A stretch of DNA of 63,273 bases, filler included, from Octopus bimaculoides (Eukaryota), in NCBI RefSeq assembly GCF_001194135.2. It is 8 parts of 7 records of this genome, joined end to end, with 100 filler letters (N's around TTAATTAATTAA, not from the genome) between each part and the next. Parts side by side here need not be neighbours in the genome. Positions count along the whole stretch, not along the records: positions 1 to 16,244 come from NC_069001.1; 7 more parts are not named here. One strand, written 5' to 3'. This document shows, piece by piece, positions 1 through 14,435 of this stretch. A program made the position numbers and the translations under genes. How positions within the stretch are numbered: position 1 is the first letter of the stretch; every line of letters begins with the position of its first letter. The notes under the pieces were generated by a model. That model made no database searches and was not told the DNA's origin. It saw only the letters and a list, made by a program, of their open reading frames with translations.

Positions 1-170
1 ATCCAGTTATATCAGATTCGATTATCGTCATTTTCAATAAACATGGGGTTTTTCTGATTCTTCGTTATCATTTTTTTTTTCAACTTGGAAAAGATAGGTG
101 AGCTGTCGGAATATTGTTCAAACCAATAAACAATCTATTACAATTGCATCGCACTCTTCTTATTGTCTAT

Positions 171-219
<49 letters not shown>

Positions 220-247
220 TAATAATAATAATAATAATAATAATAAT

Positions 248-468
248 AGAGCAAACCCAGAAGGAGTAACCGAGAATGAGGATTGCAAAACCCTGTGGGA
301 TGCAGTGATTTAGTACGATCACCTGAGCAGACATCGGAAACTGGACATTGTTGTGGCAATAAATAAGAAAGAACATGCATGATAATCGACATAGCATATC
401 CCGATGACAACAACATCAAAGAAAAAGAAGAAAAACTGAACAACTACGACGATTTGAAGTGGGAAATA
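248..468 (+). mobile_element. Degraded restriction-like endonuclease domain of an R4/Dong-type non-LTR retrotransposon
   Basis: Manual translation across stops: PEGVTENEDCKTLWD...RHRKLDIVV...IIDIAYPDDNNIKEKEEKLNNYDDLKWEI, matching the LWD/RPDIVV/IIDIAxP/KY.DL pattern. Confidence 0.75.
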
Positions 469-1012
469 CTAATTCCATCTCGGAGAAGACGAAATTTATC
501 ATTGATCAGTTCACAAAATTCAATCTTCTGAGCTTAGTTGTATCGAAGGAACTGTGTAGAAAACATTCATTTCATATAAATTAATAAGGATCTATCCCAG
601 GATTCCTCAACGAGGACATTTAATCTGGAGCAAAAATGAAATACTTGGGATCGAAAGTGGGAGAGAATGACTGAGTGGAGGGGGGAATTTTTTCAGGAAA
701 GGATTAAAATAAAAATTATTTTCGAATTACTCATGGTATTGAAATAGTTTTTAGAAGTCTATGTTATTATGTTGATAATGTCAAAAGAAATTGACCAATG
801 AGAAGTGCAGTTAGGCGAAGTGAGGAGTGGTGATGATAGTGGTGCTGGTGTCATCATTGCAAGCACCTCCAGTGGTTTCATCATAGTTACACACACAATC
901 CTCGCTTCTTACAATATTAGGATCGTGTCTGTTAATTTTGTGTAGCCTAATCAGAATTAAACACACTACTCACTTCTTGCATAATTAAAAGGAAGTCAGT
1001 CCTTTATATTCT

Positions 1013-1080
<68 letters not shown>

Positions 1081-1422
1081 GATTTTTCTCTTAGTGTTTC
1101 AATTATTCCTAATTTTCGTATTTGTCCTTGTTTCAAGAACGGACACAATGATTTCCGTCATCATTTTTCTGCTTAATTCAACCACTCAATTAGCGTTTAT
1201 ATTTCTTAACATTAGAATAGACTTTCAAATGTTTACTCTCACACATAACGACAACTCACAAATAAAGAATGCTTACAAACATACATTATTATATATTTCT
1301 TTGGAAAACTCTGCAAGATTTTAACATCGAAGATGTAAGATTGGTCTACTCTTCGAAAACGAGACAATCTTAACAAAAATAAAGCTGGAGCAATTAAAAT
1401 TGTTGTGATTTGAAATGCTTAT

Positions 1423-1606
1423 TCTTTTACTTGTTTCAGTCATTACACTGTGGCCAAGCTGGGACGCCACTTTGAAGAATTTTTAGTCGAGTAAATCGAC
1501 CCCAGTGCTTATTTTTTAAAGCCTGGTACTTGGGGACGAAACAAACCAACACCAGTTGTTAAGTAGTAGTGGGGGACAAACGCAGACACAGACACACGCA
1601 CACACG

Positions 1607-1651
<45 letters not shown>

Positions 1652-1728
1652 NNNNNNNNNNNNNNNNNNNNNNNCAGTTGTTAAGTAGTAGTGGGGGACA
1701 AACGCAGACACAGACACACGCACACACG

Positions 1729-1776
<48 letters not shown>

Positions 1777-1900
1777 CACACACGACGGTGGTCTTCTTTC
1801 AGTTTCCGTCTACCAAATCCACTCACAAGGTTTTGGTCAGCCTAAGGTTATAGTAGAAGATATTTGCCCCACAAGGCGCCGGGATTGAACACAGAATCAT
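1423..1900 (-). mobile_element. tRNA-derived SINE with internal (CA)n
   Basis: Reverse-strand copy of the family at 62503-62965 (shared TTTCAGTTTCCGTCTACCAAATCCACTCACAAGG and CTTGTTTCAGTCATT); partly duplicated across a small N gap. Confidence 0.75.
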
Positions 1901-2159
1901 AGAAATAGGGATATAATGCAAAATACAAACGATAAATTGAATAAAGAGATTCAATGGACAATCTAATAATTTATATCTATTATAATATAACATAATATAC
2001 TATGAACATGATATAAGATAACATTAAAAAATTATTAAAAACCCAAAAAAGCCAGCAATTTGTTTCGACTTATATACATCATTAATTCATAAACAGTTCA
2101 TATCCATGTATACAAGTCTCATAAATATCATGAATTAATGGAAAATGAGATTACTAGTA

Positions 2160-4010
2160 ACTATAAAGTAGTAAGTAAGAATGTCTACTAACTTAGAAGC
2201 TAAGAAAATTATGTGTGATTATGATTTCGATAATAGAACTGAGCCTCTTGTGCCTAGGAGGCTCAGAATTGTTTTGGAAGATCATAAAGATAACATCGTC
2301 TCCAATCCTAAAGTTAGATTAATTTGTCTAGGCAGTTCTGACCTGGGTACATTACATAAAATTATTCTAGATAAGTATATACCTAAACTTAAGGAAATAA
2401 TAAAGCTAGATCAGTGGTCCAATACCTAGGAAGCCATTAATTGGTTTGATTAGATAATAAAAATAGAAATTCATTCCGTTAGATATTAATAATAATTCTT
2501 CTTCTTCTATTAATCATATTGTGCTAAATAGTGCACTAATATTTGCTAGGAAAAATTCTAACCTCAGCTTAAGAGAATTAAAGTTATTTTGGAAACCAGG
2601 AAGTCCATTGTTTTATTTGATAATAGGTGCTGGGTCAGAAAAAATACTAATAATTATTTTGACATAACCATGGATTCTACGAATTCTGCCCAGATTACTG
2701 ACTTAGTAGGTATATACATATCATATCATTTCCATAATGAATTTCCAGATATTAAAGGTGGACTCTATAGAGATGATAGACTATTTTTGATTAATAGTCA
2801 GTCCAATAGAAAACTGAACCTATATATGAAAAAAATTTCATAGTTTTTTTTAAAGATTTGGTTTATCTATCCCTATAGAAAATGAACATGATTCAGTTAA
2901 TTACCTGGATGTTAATCTGAACCTTGTTACTGGACTATACAACCCGTATCATAAACTCAACACTAACTTGAAGTATATCAATTTTAATAGTAATCATCCT
3001 AGAGCAATCACAAGAACTTTGGTTAATAATATTTCGAGACATGTTTCTTATTTATCCTCTAATGAGGAAATCTTTAATAATAATGCCGAATATTATAATG
3101 TTGCCCTTAAAAAGAAAGCATACTGGAATAGAATAGCATATTGTAATAAGAATGAGAATTGCAATAAATTTCATTATAATATTAGAAAATTGGGTGACAA
3201 CGAAATGAATGGATCTAATAGTGGAAATGTATGCAATTTAATCATAAGTAGTAATGATATGATTAACAATAGTAACAATATTAATAGGAACAAGTCTAGT
3301 AACTATATCCTGTATAAAAATAGATATCTAAAGATAGTAAGTATACGCCACATGCCAACCAAGATGCACCTAATGCTGTAAATTATAATAAAGATAATTA
3401 TATTTGGTTTATTATTCCCTACGCACGGCAAATAACAGCGAATTTGGTCAAGCATTTTTACAGATTTATATCTAAGAACTTTAATAAAGAAAATAAATAT
3501 AATAAAACAATTAATAATAAAAAGATTAGAATATTTTTTTCAGTATCTAAAAATTTGTTTGGAATTATCTCTTCCTTTAATAATAAAAGATTAGACAGTT
3601 TTTACAATAATAGAAATAATAATCCTATTACAGAGAATGATCTAGCTAATAATTGTGATTGTAGATATAAGGATAAATGTTATTTTAATAATTTCTGTTA
3701 AGAAAATAACATTGTATATAGATGTAGGGTTGAATCGGATGGAAAAATTATTTTTACATAGGGTTAATGGAAAATTTTATTAAAAAACGTATCACAAACC
3801 ATGAGTATACCTTTAGGAATAGAGATAGGTTTAACAGTACTAGTATGAGTAAATTTATTTGGAAATTGAACGATAGTAAGAAATTGTACATCATAAATTG
3901 GCACAAACTTAGTCATGCTAGATCGTACAAAGTTAATGATGCTAAATGCAACCTTGTGTAGATGAATTATATCAGATATTAACATCTAAGAAGAAATTAC
4001 TTAATGAAAC
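2160..4010 (+). mobile_element. Near full-length decayed Penelope-like element (RT + GIY-YIG endonuclease)
   Basis: Collinear ORF fragments: FDITMDS..AQITDLVG, GLYRDD, KYINFNSNHPRAI, C-x-C-x5-C-x5-C knuckle, KKRITNHEYTF, STSMSKFIWKL, KCNL; many frameshifts and stops. Confidence 0.85.
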
Positions 4011-4059
4011 ACGTGAGAGTGTTCTGCACACTATCTATTATAAATATATGTTTAGAAAA

Positions 4060-5070
4060 TTTTATTAAGTGTGTATATATTGGTACTCGTATGTAGCTAT
4101 ATATATGTGTGTATATGTATGATCGTATATTTGTATATATGTATGTATATGTATACATGGATATATGTTGTTTGCATTTATATCTGATGCTATATACACG
4201 TGGTCATATATATGTATATGTTTGTATGTGTATATACATGTGTACATATATATATCTATCTATCTCTATATATGTGCATATAATTTATTGATAATACGTG
4301 TATGTATATATTTGTATATGTGAATATATGTCTATGTATGTGTATGTGGACGTATGTATATGCATCTATGTATATAACTATGTATACATAGGGTATGCGT
4401 TGTGTAAATATATATATATATATATGTATGTTTATATGTATGTTTATATATCTGTGTACAATATATACTGGGTATAAGTGTATGTATATATGCGTATATG
4501 TGTGTATATATATATGTACATGTGTGTATATGTGTATATATATGTATGCAAATATGTGTCTATATGTATATGAGTGTATGTGTATGTATATGTTCATGTG
4601 TATATATGTGTGTATATATATGTACATGTGAGAATATATATCTCTNNNNNNNNNNATGAGTGTATATATGTCTGTGTACAGATGTGCATGTATGAAAAAT
4701 ATGTAAATATGTATATACATATGTATGTATATGTATTTATATGTATTTTATATTTGTGTTTGTATATGTATATATGTATATATACATATGAATATGTGAA
4801 TATATGTCTGTGTATATATATGTATATGTGTATGGATATGTATATATACATATACATATACAAAGATGCGTGTATATGTTATGTGTATATATACATGTAT
4901 GAATGAATAGATGTGTATACATAGTTATATATGTGTATATGTATGTGCATGTATGTATGTGTATATGTATGCATGTGTGTATATATTTTTATATATATGT
5001 TTGTATGTATATGTATATGTACATGTATATATATATATATATATATGAATATATATGTGTCTGTGTATAT
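4060..5070. repeat. Low-complexity (TA/TG/TATG)n tract
   Basis: Directly visible; explains the MYVC/YIHT-type ORFs. Confidence 0.9.
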
Positions 5071-6229
5071 ATGTCTATGTGCTTTTTAGTGGATTAATTC
5101 AGAATATTTTGAATCTTTCTAGCGCAAATACTTGTATTTACTGTAAAATACATCATTATATGAGTAATTTAATATCAATTACCAATAAGATATCTTCATT
5201 ATACTAAATAATTATATTTGTAACTACATTCATTTAATTTATTAATTAATTGTTGAAAATAATTATAATACTAATGATAATAATAAATGAATAGTTTTAT
5301 TTGACTTACTAACCAAACTTAATAACCACAATAATAAATCTTATAGTATTGTGCAGCTTTTCTATTATAGAATTAATAAAATTTAGATATATTCTATTTA
5401 TAGTCCTTTATCTAAAACACAATATTGATATTATTTATCGTGGATCGGTACTCAATCCTTATGTTTTTGTTTACCCTACTTTATTTTATTTACTGAGTTC
5501 TCCCTTCCATAATATACGAATATGGGGACATTTACTTTTTAGTTACTGTGAATAATCCTTATTTAAGTAACTTCAAATTTGGTTACTTCTGAAAAACTTA
5601 GTAATATTTTGATGTCCCTTATTATAGCCGAACTCTATATGTATGGGGTACAATAGGTGGTAGTGATCGTAGCTCTAAGTTTCTGTTCATATTTTTTACT
5701 ACGGATCTTTCTGATTTGGCGGACACCATTTGTTTTCTAACGAAACACTTTCAAACTTGGGACACTGGTAGAATGTGTCATATATAATATCTTTTACTCT
5801 TAGTGTTGGTGAGAAAAGTTTATATTTTTAAAGTTATTTCGTGTTAAAGTTGTCGTATTTCGGTAATTTCAACCAATCACTGACGTCTATTGAGATGAAA
5901 ACAATTACTGCTGTGGTTTGTCAACAACAGTTGTGGCGGTGTAATGGGATCTTTTTCCTTGAATAAAATTAGTGCCGTTGTTTGTCAACATCAACTATCA
6001 GTGGTACTGTTATTTATGACATCGTTCGTGCGTTTTTACTGGTTTTAGCGTTAGGGTTTTAGGGTTAGGGTTCGGGTTTAAGATCGTACTCTTTTGGCTG
6101 AACAGCCAACATTCATGACGAAAGGTGAAGATTGTTATGAACATCGAATTGAGAATAGAATGTCTCACATTTTTTTTTTTACAAATCTCTTCTATTTTTA
6201 GAGTCTAATGCCTAGAAAATTCTGCTGCT

Positions 6230-6850
6230 GAAGAATAATCTACTTGCATTGCTTTAAGTTTTTGGTTTCAAGTTAATAAAATTCCCTTTAAAAATTTGGT
6301 GTCGATTGTAAAATAATGATGATGCTACCCATATGGGTGTAAAATATGAAACCTCGTAGAAAATTTGAAGACATAATGTTTTGGTATCATTACAATATAT
6401 TGTTAATAAAGACAGTCTTTTAGACTAAAAAATGAATTTAGTTATACATTATTTCATTTAATTAATAAAGCAATCAATAAATTAAATTACACACCACAAA
6501 TATAATCACATGTTCAGGAAGTAATGTTTTGATCATAATAGATGGTAAGACTTCTTTTACTTACGGGAAGTCATCCCGCACTCCAAAGGAAATTGCTTCG
6601 AAAGATTTATGAGTCTTTTTGATATCAAAGTTAATTTTGAAGAGTATGAAGAGGACGGAGCCGTTATTAAAGAAGTAAGAAGACATAAAACTAAGAGATT
6701 ATCTAGCTTGGATATTTCGGAAACTTAATGAGATAGCATTTCAAGCCGAAGGAAAATTCTTAAAATTGATTGATTGTGAAACAATATTAAAGTCATTTAC
6801 TGAAAAATTGAAAAATTTTCGAGTAAATTTACTTCAAAAAATATTTCTCA
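6230..6850 (+). mobile_element. hAT (Charlie/Buster-like) transposase remnant
   Basis: Fragments NKIPFKNLVSI..DDATHMG, EVIPHSKGNCFERF and DIFRKLNEIAFQAEGK..LIDCETILKSFTEKL resemble TDGAPAM, EVRWLS.G and YLADIF.KLN motifs. Confidence 0.6.
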
Positions 6851-9800
6851 GCATGCTTGAGTTGTCATAAATTTCTTGTTCATATAACAAAACATATTTT
6901 GGACGCTTATTATCGTTAAAAATTGACAAAAACAAAAGATTTGATTTATTTTCCTTTGAAGTAAAACCAAGGAAGGTGAAGAGACAATTAATTGTGATTG
7001 TTTTGTTAAAAGAGAATTAACTGAATTACGATAAAATGGCAATAAAAAATACACGGAAGCGGACAGAGGAGAAAACAGTGAATTCTAACCATTAAAATAG
7101 TAAAACATTTTATCCAAGGTTTGGTTCTAGGGAAAAGAAATCCAGGAAGGATTAATTGAATACTTATAACTCAAATGACATGCATTATTAAGTAAGAACG
7201 AATGAATTTTGATCACCACAAAACCATAAAACGTTATACCTAAGAGTGTGAACCAAAATAGACAAAATTATCGTGTTTCTCAACATCACGCATTGTTGAA
7301 ACTGAGCAAGCTTTGGGGAAGAAATTATTAAATGAATCAAGGAATGTATAAAATATGTGTAAAAGAGATGACCTAAGAATTGATTTAATATTTATATTTG
7401 AAACAGTATAAGATTAAGATAACGGAACGAATACTTTTTCGGTTTAGCTCAGAATGTCAGGATGTGTTCATCATCGAGAAGACTAAATGAGGTCGAAACA
7501 CTGGTTTTGACGATCCGCCAATGATATTCTGAGCATGTTCTGTATTCTTCAACATAAGTCTCGATGAGAAGTTCCTCTGATACAAAAGCTTACCTCTAGT
7601 GCTGCTCAGTGATATATATATATATANNNNNNNNNNNNNNNNNNNNNNNNNNNNNNNNNNNNNNNNNNNNNNNNNNNNNNNNNNNNNNNNNNNNNNNNNN
7701 NNNNNNNNNNNNNNNNNNNNNNNNNNNNNNNNNNNNNNNNNNNNNNNNNNNNNNNNNNNNNNNNNNNNNNNNNNNNNNNNNNNNNNNNNNNNNNNNNNNN
7801 NNNNNNNNNNNNNNNNNNNNNNNNNNNNNNNNNNNNNNNNNNNNNNNNNNNNNNNNNNNNNNNNNNNNNNNNNNNNNNNNNNNNNNNNNNNNNNNNNNNN
7901 NNNNNNNNNNNNNNNNNNNNNNNNNNNNNNNNNNNNNNNNNNNNNNNNNNNNNNNNNNNNNNNNNNNNNNNNNNNNNNNNNNNNNNNNNNNNNNNNNNNN
8001 NNNNNNNNNNNNNNNNNNNNNNNNNNNNNNNNNNNNNNNNNNNNNNNNNNNNNNNNNNNNNNNNNNNNNTTTTTTTATACATGTTGAATCTTATTCATGC
8101 CACTATAAGAATCAAACTCAGAAAAACTGAACCAAACTTTGAATATTTTGTAGACATCACCCCCCCCCCCACCAAATTCAAGGTCATCATAAAATATAAT
8201 AATTAATTTTAAAGCCATCGGTGAATTTACCTCCAGCTCACCAAGGATCTCACCTCTTGATTACCGATGAGTTACGTCTTCAGGGGGGAATAAGTAGGAG
8301 AAGAGGAGATATATGGGACAGAGAGTCACTGATGAGGTCACAGAATGTGTGGCAAAGATTGTTTTTTTTTAGTTTTTCATCAACGAGTAATTTCTTGTTC
8401 CACAAGTTTACTCCTTTTTCAGCGATGATCTTACTTTTTGCTCACCAACGAGTTTACATCTTGTTTACAAATTGGTTTACATGTTGTTCTCCAAGGGTCT
8501 CGATTCTGGTTCAACTAAGAACCTGCCTCTTGTTCGCTGAAGAGAAGTTCTTATTTGAACGCCGTCCAGCACAGATAATTCTACACAATATTCTTACGGC
8601 GAAACTAAGAACTCAAAAGGATACCCTAAGATGAGTTGAACCTTCGGCCCAGTTTCGATTCCCTTTTCAAGTCATTTCATTTCAAACACGTTGGCGATAA
8701 CATTGCGAAAAGCATGAATATCACTTAATCTCATACCACACAAATACAATTTTCAAAAATACACAAAAATACCCCCCCCACCAAAAAAAAACAAAGGTAA
8801 AGATTAATATTCTATTCAACGATAAAAAATTCCTTTTATTTTGCCATTTTTATTTATTTATCTATTCATTCATTCATTCATTCATTCAGTCCATGAGCCA
8901 GTTTGGTTATAAAATATCCAATTCCAAGTTCAAATTCTACCAACGACTGCGGTTCACCAATTTATTTATATATTTGTGTATTTTTTTATATTCCTTGTCA
9001 TCGATTTCTCTGCCAGGAAATGATAGATTCAATACAATAACACAGGAGTGANNNNNNNNNNNNNNNNNNNNNNNNNNNNNNNNNNNNNNNNNNNNNNNNN
9101 NNNNNNNNNNNNNNNNNNNNNNNNNNNNNNNNNNNNNNNNNNNNNNNNNNNNNNNNNNNNNNNNNNNNNNNNNNNNNNNNNNNNNNNNNNNNNNNNNNNN
9201 NNNNNNNNNNNNNNNNNNNNNNNNNNNNNNNNNNNNNNNNNNNNNNNNNNNNNNNNNNNNNNNNNNNNNNNNNNNNNNNNNNNNNNNNNNNNNNNNNNNN
9301 NNNNNNNNNNNNNNNNNNNNNNNNNNNNNNNNNNNNNNNNNNNNNNNNNNNNNNNNNNNNNNNNNNNNNNNNNNNNNNNNNNNNNNNNNNNNNNNNNNNN
9401 NNNNNNNNNNNNNNNNNNNNNNNNNNNNNNNNNNNNNNNNNNNNNNNNNNNNNNNNNNNNNNNNNNNNNNNNNNNNNNNNNNNNNNNNNNNNNNNNNNNN
9501 NNNNNNNNNNNNNNNNNNNNNNNNNNNNNNNNNNNNNNNNNNNNNNNNNNNNNNNNNNNNNNNNNNNNNNNNNNNNNNNNNNNNNNNNNNNNNNNNNNNN
9601 NNNNNNNNNNNNNNNNNNNNNNNNNNNNNNNNNNNNNNNNNNNNNNNNNNNNNNNNNNNNNNNNNNNNNNNNNNNNNNNNNNNNNNNNNNNNNNNNNNNN
9701 NNNNNNNNNNNNNNNNNNNNNNNNNNNNNNNNNNNNNNNNNNNNNNNNNNNNNNNNNNNNNNNNNNNNNNNNNNNNNNNNNNNNNNNNNNNNNNNNNNNN

Positions 9801-10677
9801 NNNNNNNNNNNNNNNNNNNNNNNNNNNNNNNNNNNNNNNNNNNNNNNNNNNNNNNNNNNNNNNNNNNNNNNNNNNNNNNNNNNNNNNNNNNNNNNNNNNN
9901 NNNNNNNNNNNNNNNNNNNNNNNNNNNNNNNNNNNNNNNNNNNNNNNNNNNNNNNNNNNNNNNNNNNNNNNNNNNNNNNNNNNNNNNNNNNNNNNNNNNN
10001 NNNNNNNNNNNNNNNNNNNNNNNNNNAGACATACACACAAAGCACATTATACATACTTACAGACATACATCCACAAATATACTTTGGTAGTAAAACATTC
10101 ATACACAGTGTGGTAGTACGTATTGATATATATACAAACATATAAATGTATATACGCATGGATATATATTCTTACAAACGCACGCACACTAACATACATA
10201 GTTACGTACATAAAAAGATAAATACACTCACATACACACGTACGTACACATAAATACGTGCGTACATAGTTACATATACACATATTCGTACATATTTGCA
10301 TATGTGCTTACACACATGCATATATGTATACATTCATTCCTACACTCACGCATACCTACCTACCTACCTACCTACCTACATACATACATACATACATAAC
10401 ATATATACATACATACAGACAGAGAGACACACGTGTATATTCTCTTTTCACAAGTGTTAAGCTGTTATCTTGTTGATGTTAAAAATTAAAAACAAAAAAC
10501 AAAACGAAAGCGAAACCGTCATTTTGAATTTTGGGAACAGAAGTAAAATATCTTTGATTTATAAGAGAATATGAGTTGTGTGGTGGCACTCATCACATGC
10601 CAACAAATTCATTATTAAACTTCTCACCAACAAAAAATTGAACAAATAAAATAGAAGCAAAGTTTTGAAATACTAAA

Positions 10678-10905
10678 TTGATCACCTTAATTATAAAATG
10701 AACACCTTGATTATCAATTAATCACCTTGATTATTGAATTGTTCACTTTGATTATAAACTGATCATCCTTGGTAATATATTGATCTCCTTGATTATGAAT
10801 CGATCAGTCATCATTCTAAATTGATCAGCCTTGATTATAAATGATCAGCCTTAATTATAATTTATCAGCCTTGATTATAATTCCTCAGCCTTGATCACCT
10901 TGATC
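10678..10905. repeat. Minisatellite, ~20-21 bp unit TGATCA(G)CCTTGATTATAAA, about 11 degenerate copies
   Basis: Tandem units directly visible. Confidence 0.85.
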
Positions 10906-11279
10906 TGTGTCAAGCAAGAATTAAAAGCAGTTAATGAGAAAATGTGATGAGAGAAGGGAGGAGCTGAAAGAAAAAAAATATCAAATAACTCAGTGGAAAT
11001 TAACCAGCAGTTGCCAGAGATATGAGGGCGTAGTCATTAAAAGTCACAAGCTTTCCTTGCCAGGAAGATACGGTTTGGTTTCAGAGAAAAAGTATGGAAC
11101 GAGAAAAAAGTGTTCAACCAGGATATTGTGCGGTTTGGAGAAATATGAATGAAGTATTCTCCCCGTGTAACCAACAATACACAGCAGTGGTTTTCAGTGG
11201 GGTTCCAGGGTTACACCTTGTGGGTCCATATGATATCATGTGGCTGAAGTTTATCGACAATAAATTGGTTATACTTCTA

Positions 11280-11820
11280 TTAGGTTGTTCCGAAAATAAT
11301 GTCCGCTCTAAGAGTTGTGTTTTGGAACGCAATTTTATCAGTATTTTAATTATATTTTAGGTGAATTTAGACATACTTAATAATTGATGTATGCTCTTTA
11401 ATAATTTTCTACTTATTTCAGACAGTAAACATTCTTGAAGCATAGGCGCCCTTAATTATGAACATGACAAAAAAGGACCTTCGTTTACTTTTCTTGCATG
11501 AGTTCAAGCTTGGGCACAATACCTCCCAAACTGCTGCAAATATCAACAGAGCTTGAGGAGAGGGGTCCACAAGTGATCGCACAGTACGAAGGTGATTTCA
11601 GAAATTCCGCAATGGTGATGAGAGCCTTGAAGATGAAGAAAGTAGAGGACACTCATGCAGTCTTGACAATGAACAATTGAAAGCAGTTGTTGAACAAAAC
11701 CCACGTGAAAGTGTCAGAGAAATGTCTCAGGCACTTGGTGTCGGTATTGCAACGGTCTCACGCAATCTGCAGAAGATTGGTAAGGTGAAAATGCTCGATA
11801 AATGGGTACCGCATGAACAA
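11280..11820 (+). mobile_element. 3'-truncated mariner (Hsmar1/SETMAR-like): left TIR plus DNA-binding domain
   Basis: TA then TIR TTAGGTTGTTCCGAAAATAATG; from ATG 11464 reads MTKKDLRLLFLHEFKLGH...RTVRR*FQKFRNGDESLEDEE...KWVPHE with two in-frame TGA. Confidence 0.9.
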
Positions 11821-12089
11821 TACACAAAATATTTTGACAATTTTTTTTTATACATTTCCAAATAATATTTAATTATAAAAATACTGTTGAATTTCTTCAA
11901 ACATCTAGTGGTTAAGAGGTCCAGTAGAGTAAAATAGGAATCAAAGGGGTCCATAGGTCAATAACGGTTGCGAAACAGTGATATAGAACATCAATGGTGA
12001 AGTCTTGGAGGTTGTGGACGAAAGAAAACCTTCAGGATAGGGATAAATCAGGAAAAATAAATTGTCTCTTCGTATAAATAACTGACTTT

Positions 12090-12126
<37 letters not shown>

Positions 12127-12309
12127 ACTTTGGTCAGTTTCTAAGAAGCTCTCAGCAAGGATGTAAATAAATCAAAATGGTTGACATTGAGAGAATAGTG
12201 AACCAATTGAATGGTAGAATCTAACATAGCCTGAAACCAGTGTATTTGGTTAATTTAGTCTTCTACGATCACTGCGGTAGTTGAGCTAACGCCCACAGAC
12301 AAACAGGTA

Positions 12310-12905
12310 GCTGGAAAGAGAGAAATATGGGGACGTAGTGAACGATTCTTCATCAACCAAATTGTAATGTCAGAGGTATGATAACATAAAAGGGATTTGG
12401 TCTGGCTAGAATAGAAGAAGGTATTTCTGTTGTGGATATTAGAGATCCTTCAATAGGCTCAAGTTCCAGTGACCGCAACTAAAGCCATAGACGTCTTTGT
12501 CCTGGTCACACTTCGGGAAGTGGATTACAAGAAATAATTGCAATATTGTTTCCGATAGGATAAAATATTTCAAGGGGACAATTTGTGTATGTGATGAATA
12601 TTTATACTGGCAGTGAACTCCTTATTTTTGAAACGATAAAGTATTGTAGGAATTTATTTCAAGGGTACAATCGGTGTGTGTTGATGTTTACATTGGTAGT
12701 GAACCCTCTATATAGTAGAGTGTATGATTGATTCATATAAAGACAGAACCATCAACCTGACACACAGCTTCTTTGTGGATGACCCGAAAGTCTGCGATAA
12801 AAACATGTATGATATGAAAAGCCACCTTGACCTGGTAACAACATTCTCAAAGGATGTTCGGATGGAGTACAGAGTGAATATATCTGAGTCAGTGGTGGGA
12901 TGAAG
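12310..12905 (+). mobile_element. Degraded reverse transcriptase core of an R4/Dong-type LINE
   Basis: Fragments FINQIVM..WLE.KKVF..WILEIL, IFQGD (~12566) and THSFFVDDPKV...LDLVTTFSKDVRME. Confidence 0.7.
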
Positions 12906-13639
12906 TTTGTTCAAAATAAATGTTCCTAATGGACTGTAAAACGAGTAAAAATAAATACAAGGAAGACTAGAAACATCTCTATCATTAACCTGGTTATTTC
13001 CCTGGGATGCATAAATATGTCACAGGTACCAAAGACTGGCTGAAAATATATTCAATGTTAGAACTTGTAACAAAGAATTTATAACCAAAAATATAACACT
13101 CGGCTGCAGGTAATAAACCAGTGGTGTACAATGTGTCTTCTGTAACAGTAAACACACCACATCTGGATTACTCGACTGAAGGCGAGATGAGACCTAAACC
13201 ACTAAGGACAGAATCTCAAAATTTAAACATCAACAGAAATTTCTACAATTGTGATGTTGGCCACCTCAACATAAAGGGAAAACAAAACACAAATTTATCA
13301 ATCGTCCATTCAAAAAATCTTTAAATGGCGCAGATCCATCAATCCAACCGACATTCTACACACACATACATAGCAAATGTTATCTAAATGAAAGAACCTT
13401 CACTCTAGGCAGCAAACCAGTTTTTTTTATCCATTAGCGAGACATATAAAAGACCAGAAGAACGAACTCACACGCACATACACACATATTCCACCNNNNN
13501 NNNNNNNNNNNNNNNNNNNNNNNNNNNNNNNNNNNNNNNNNNNNNNNNNNNNNNNNNNNNNNNNNNNNNNNNNNNNNNNNNNNNNNNNNNNNNNNNNNNN
13601 NNNNNNNNNNNNNNNNNNNNNNNNNNNNNNNNNNNNNNN

Positions 13640-13701
<62 letters not shown>

Positions 13702-13949
13702 TGTGTGTGTGTGTGTGTGTGTGCTTATATATGTACTTTGTATATGTATAGTTATACACACAAACATATAAATGCACTCGCATGTGCTTGCATTTTTCAT
13801 ATGTAGAAAAGCAGTTATTCTCGTCCTTAAAAGTACCCTACATACTGTCATGCGCAGATTCGCATACATACTCGTATACATACATATATATATACTTCTT
13901 CCAGGTACCTATATACGCACACGCACAGTTTCACACCTACACAAGCGAT

Positions 13950-14019
<70 letters not shown>

Positions 14020-14379
14020 GCACACACACACATATATATATATTACATATCACGCTCCATATATATATTGACTGCTCCATATATGTGTGTGTGTGTGTGT
14101 GTGTATACGTAGACCACATACAGACACACACATATATGTATATATGTATGCATACATTCACACACACACACATATGTGTGTGTGTGGTGTGCTGCTCTCC
14201 GTCGCAATCTGCTTCCAATTTCTCTGTTATTGTCCAGTAAACTTAATGACGATTGTCGTATTCTATGCAGAGAGTTTCCTGTTTCGGGTTTTTAACTCGT
14301 GTTTTCTGTCAAAGATTAAATGCACTTCACCACAGCCCTCCTCTCCTCCTTTCTCTCCACGTCTTCCTCCTTCGCATTG

Positions 14380-14435
<56 letters not shown>

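Noticed and set aside
1555-1790. Exact direct duplications flanking short N gaps (also ~46588-46680)
   Set aside because: Typical unmerged overlapping contig ends
3640-3705. Selenocysteine-type (TGA) recoding in the Penelope cysteine knuckle
   Set aside because: The knuckle cysteines are ordinary TGT codons
8221-8634. 137-aa ORF as a host gene or mariner fragment
   Set aside because: Only faint mariner-like hints and no convincing motif; left uncalled
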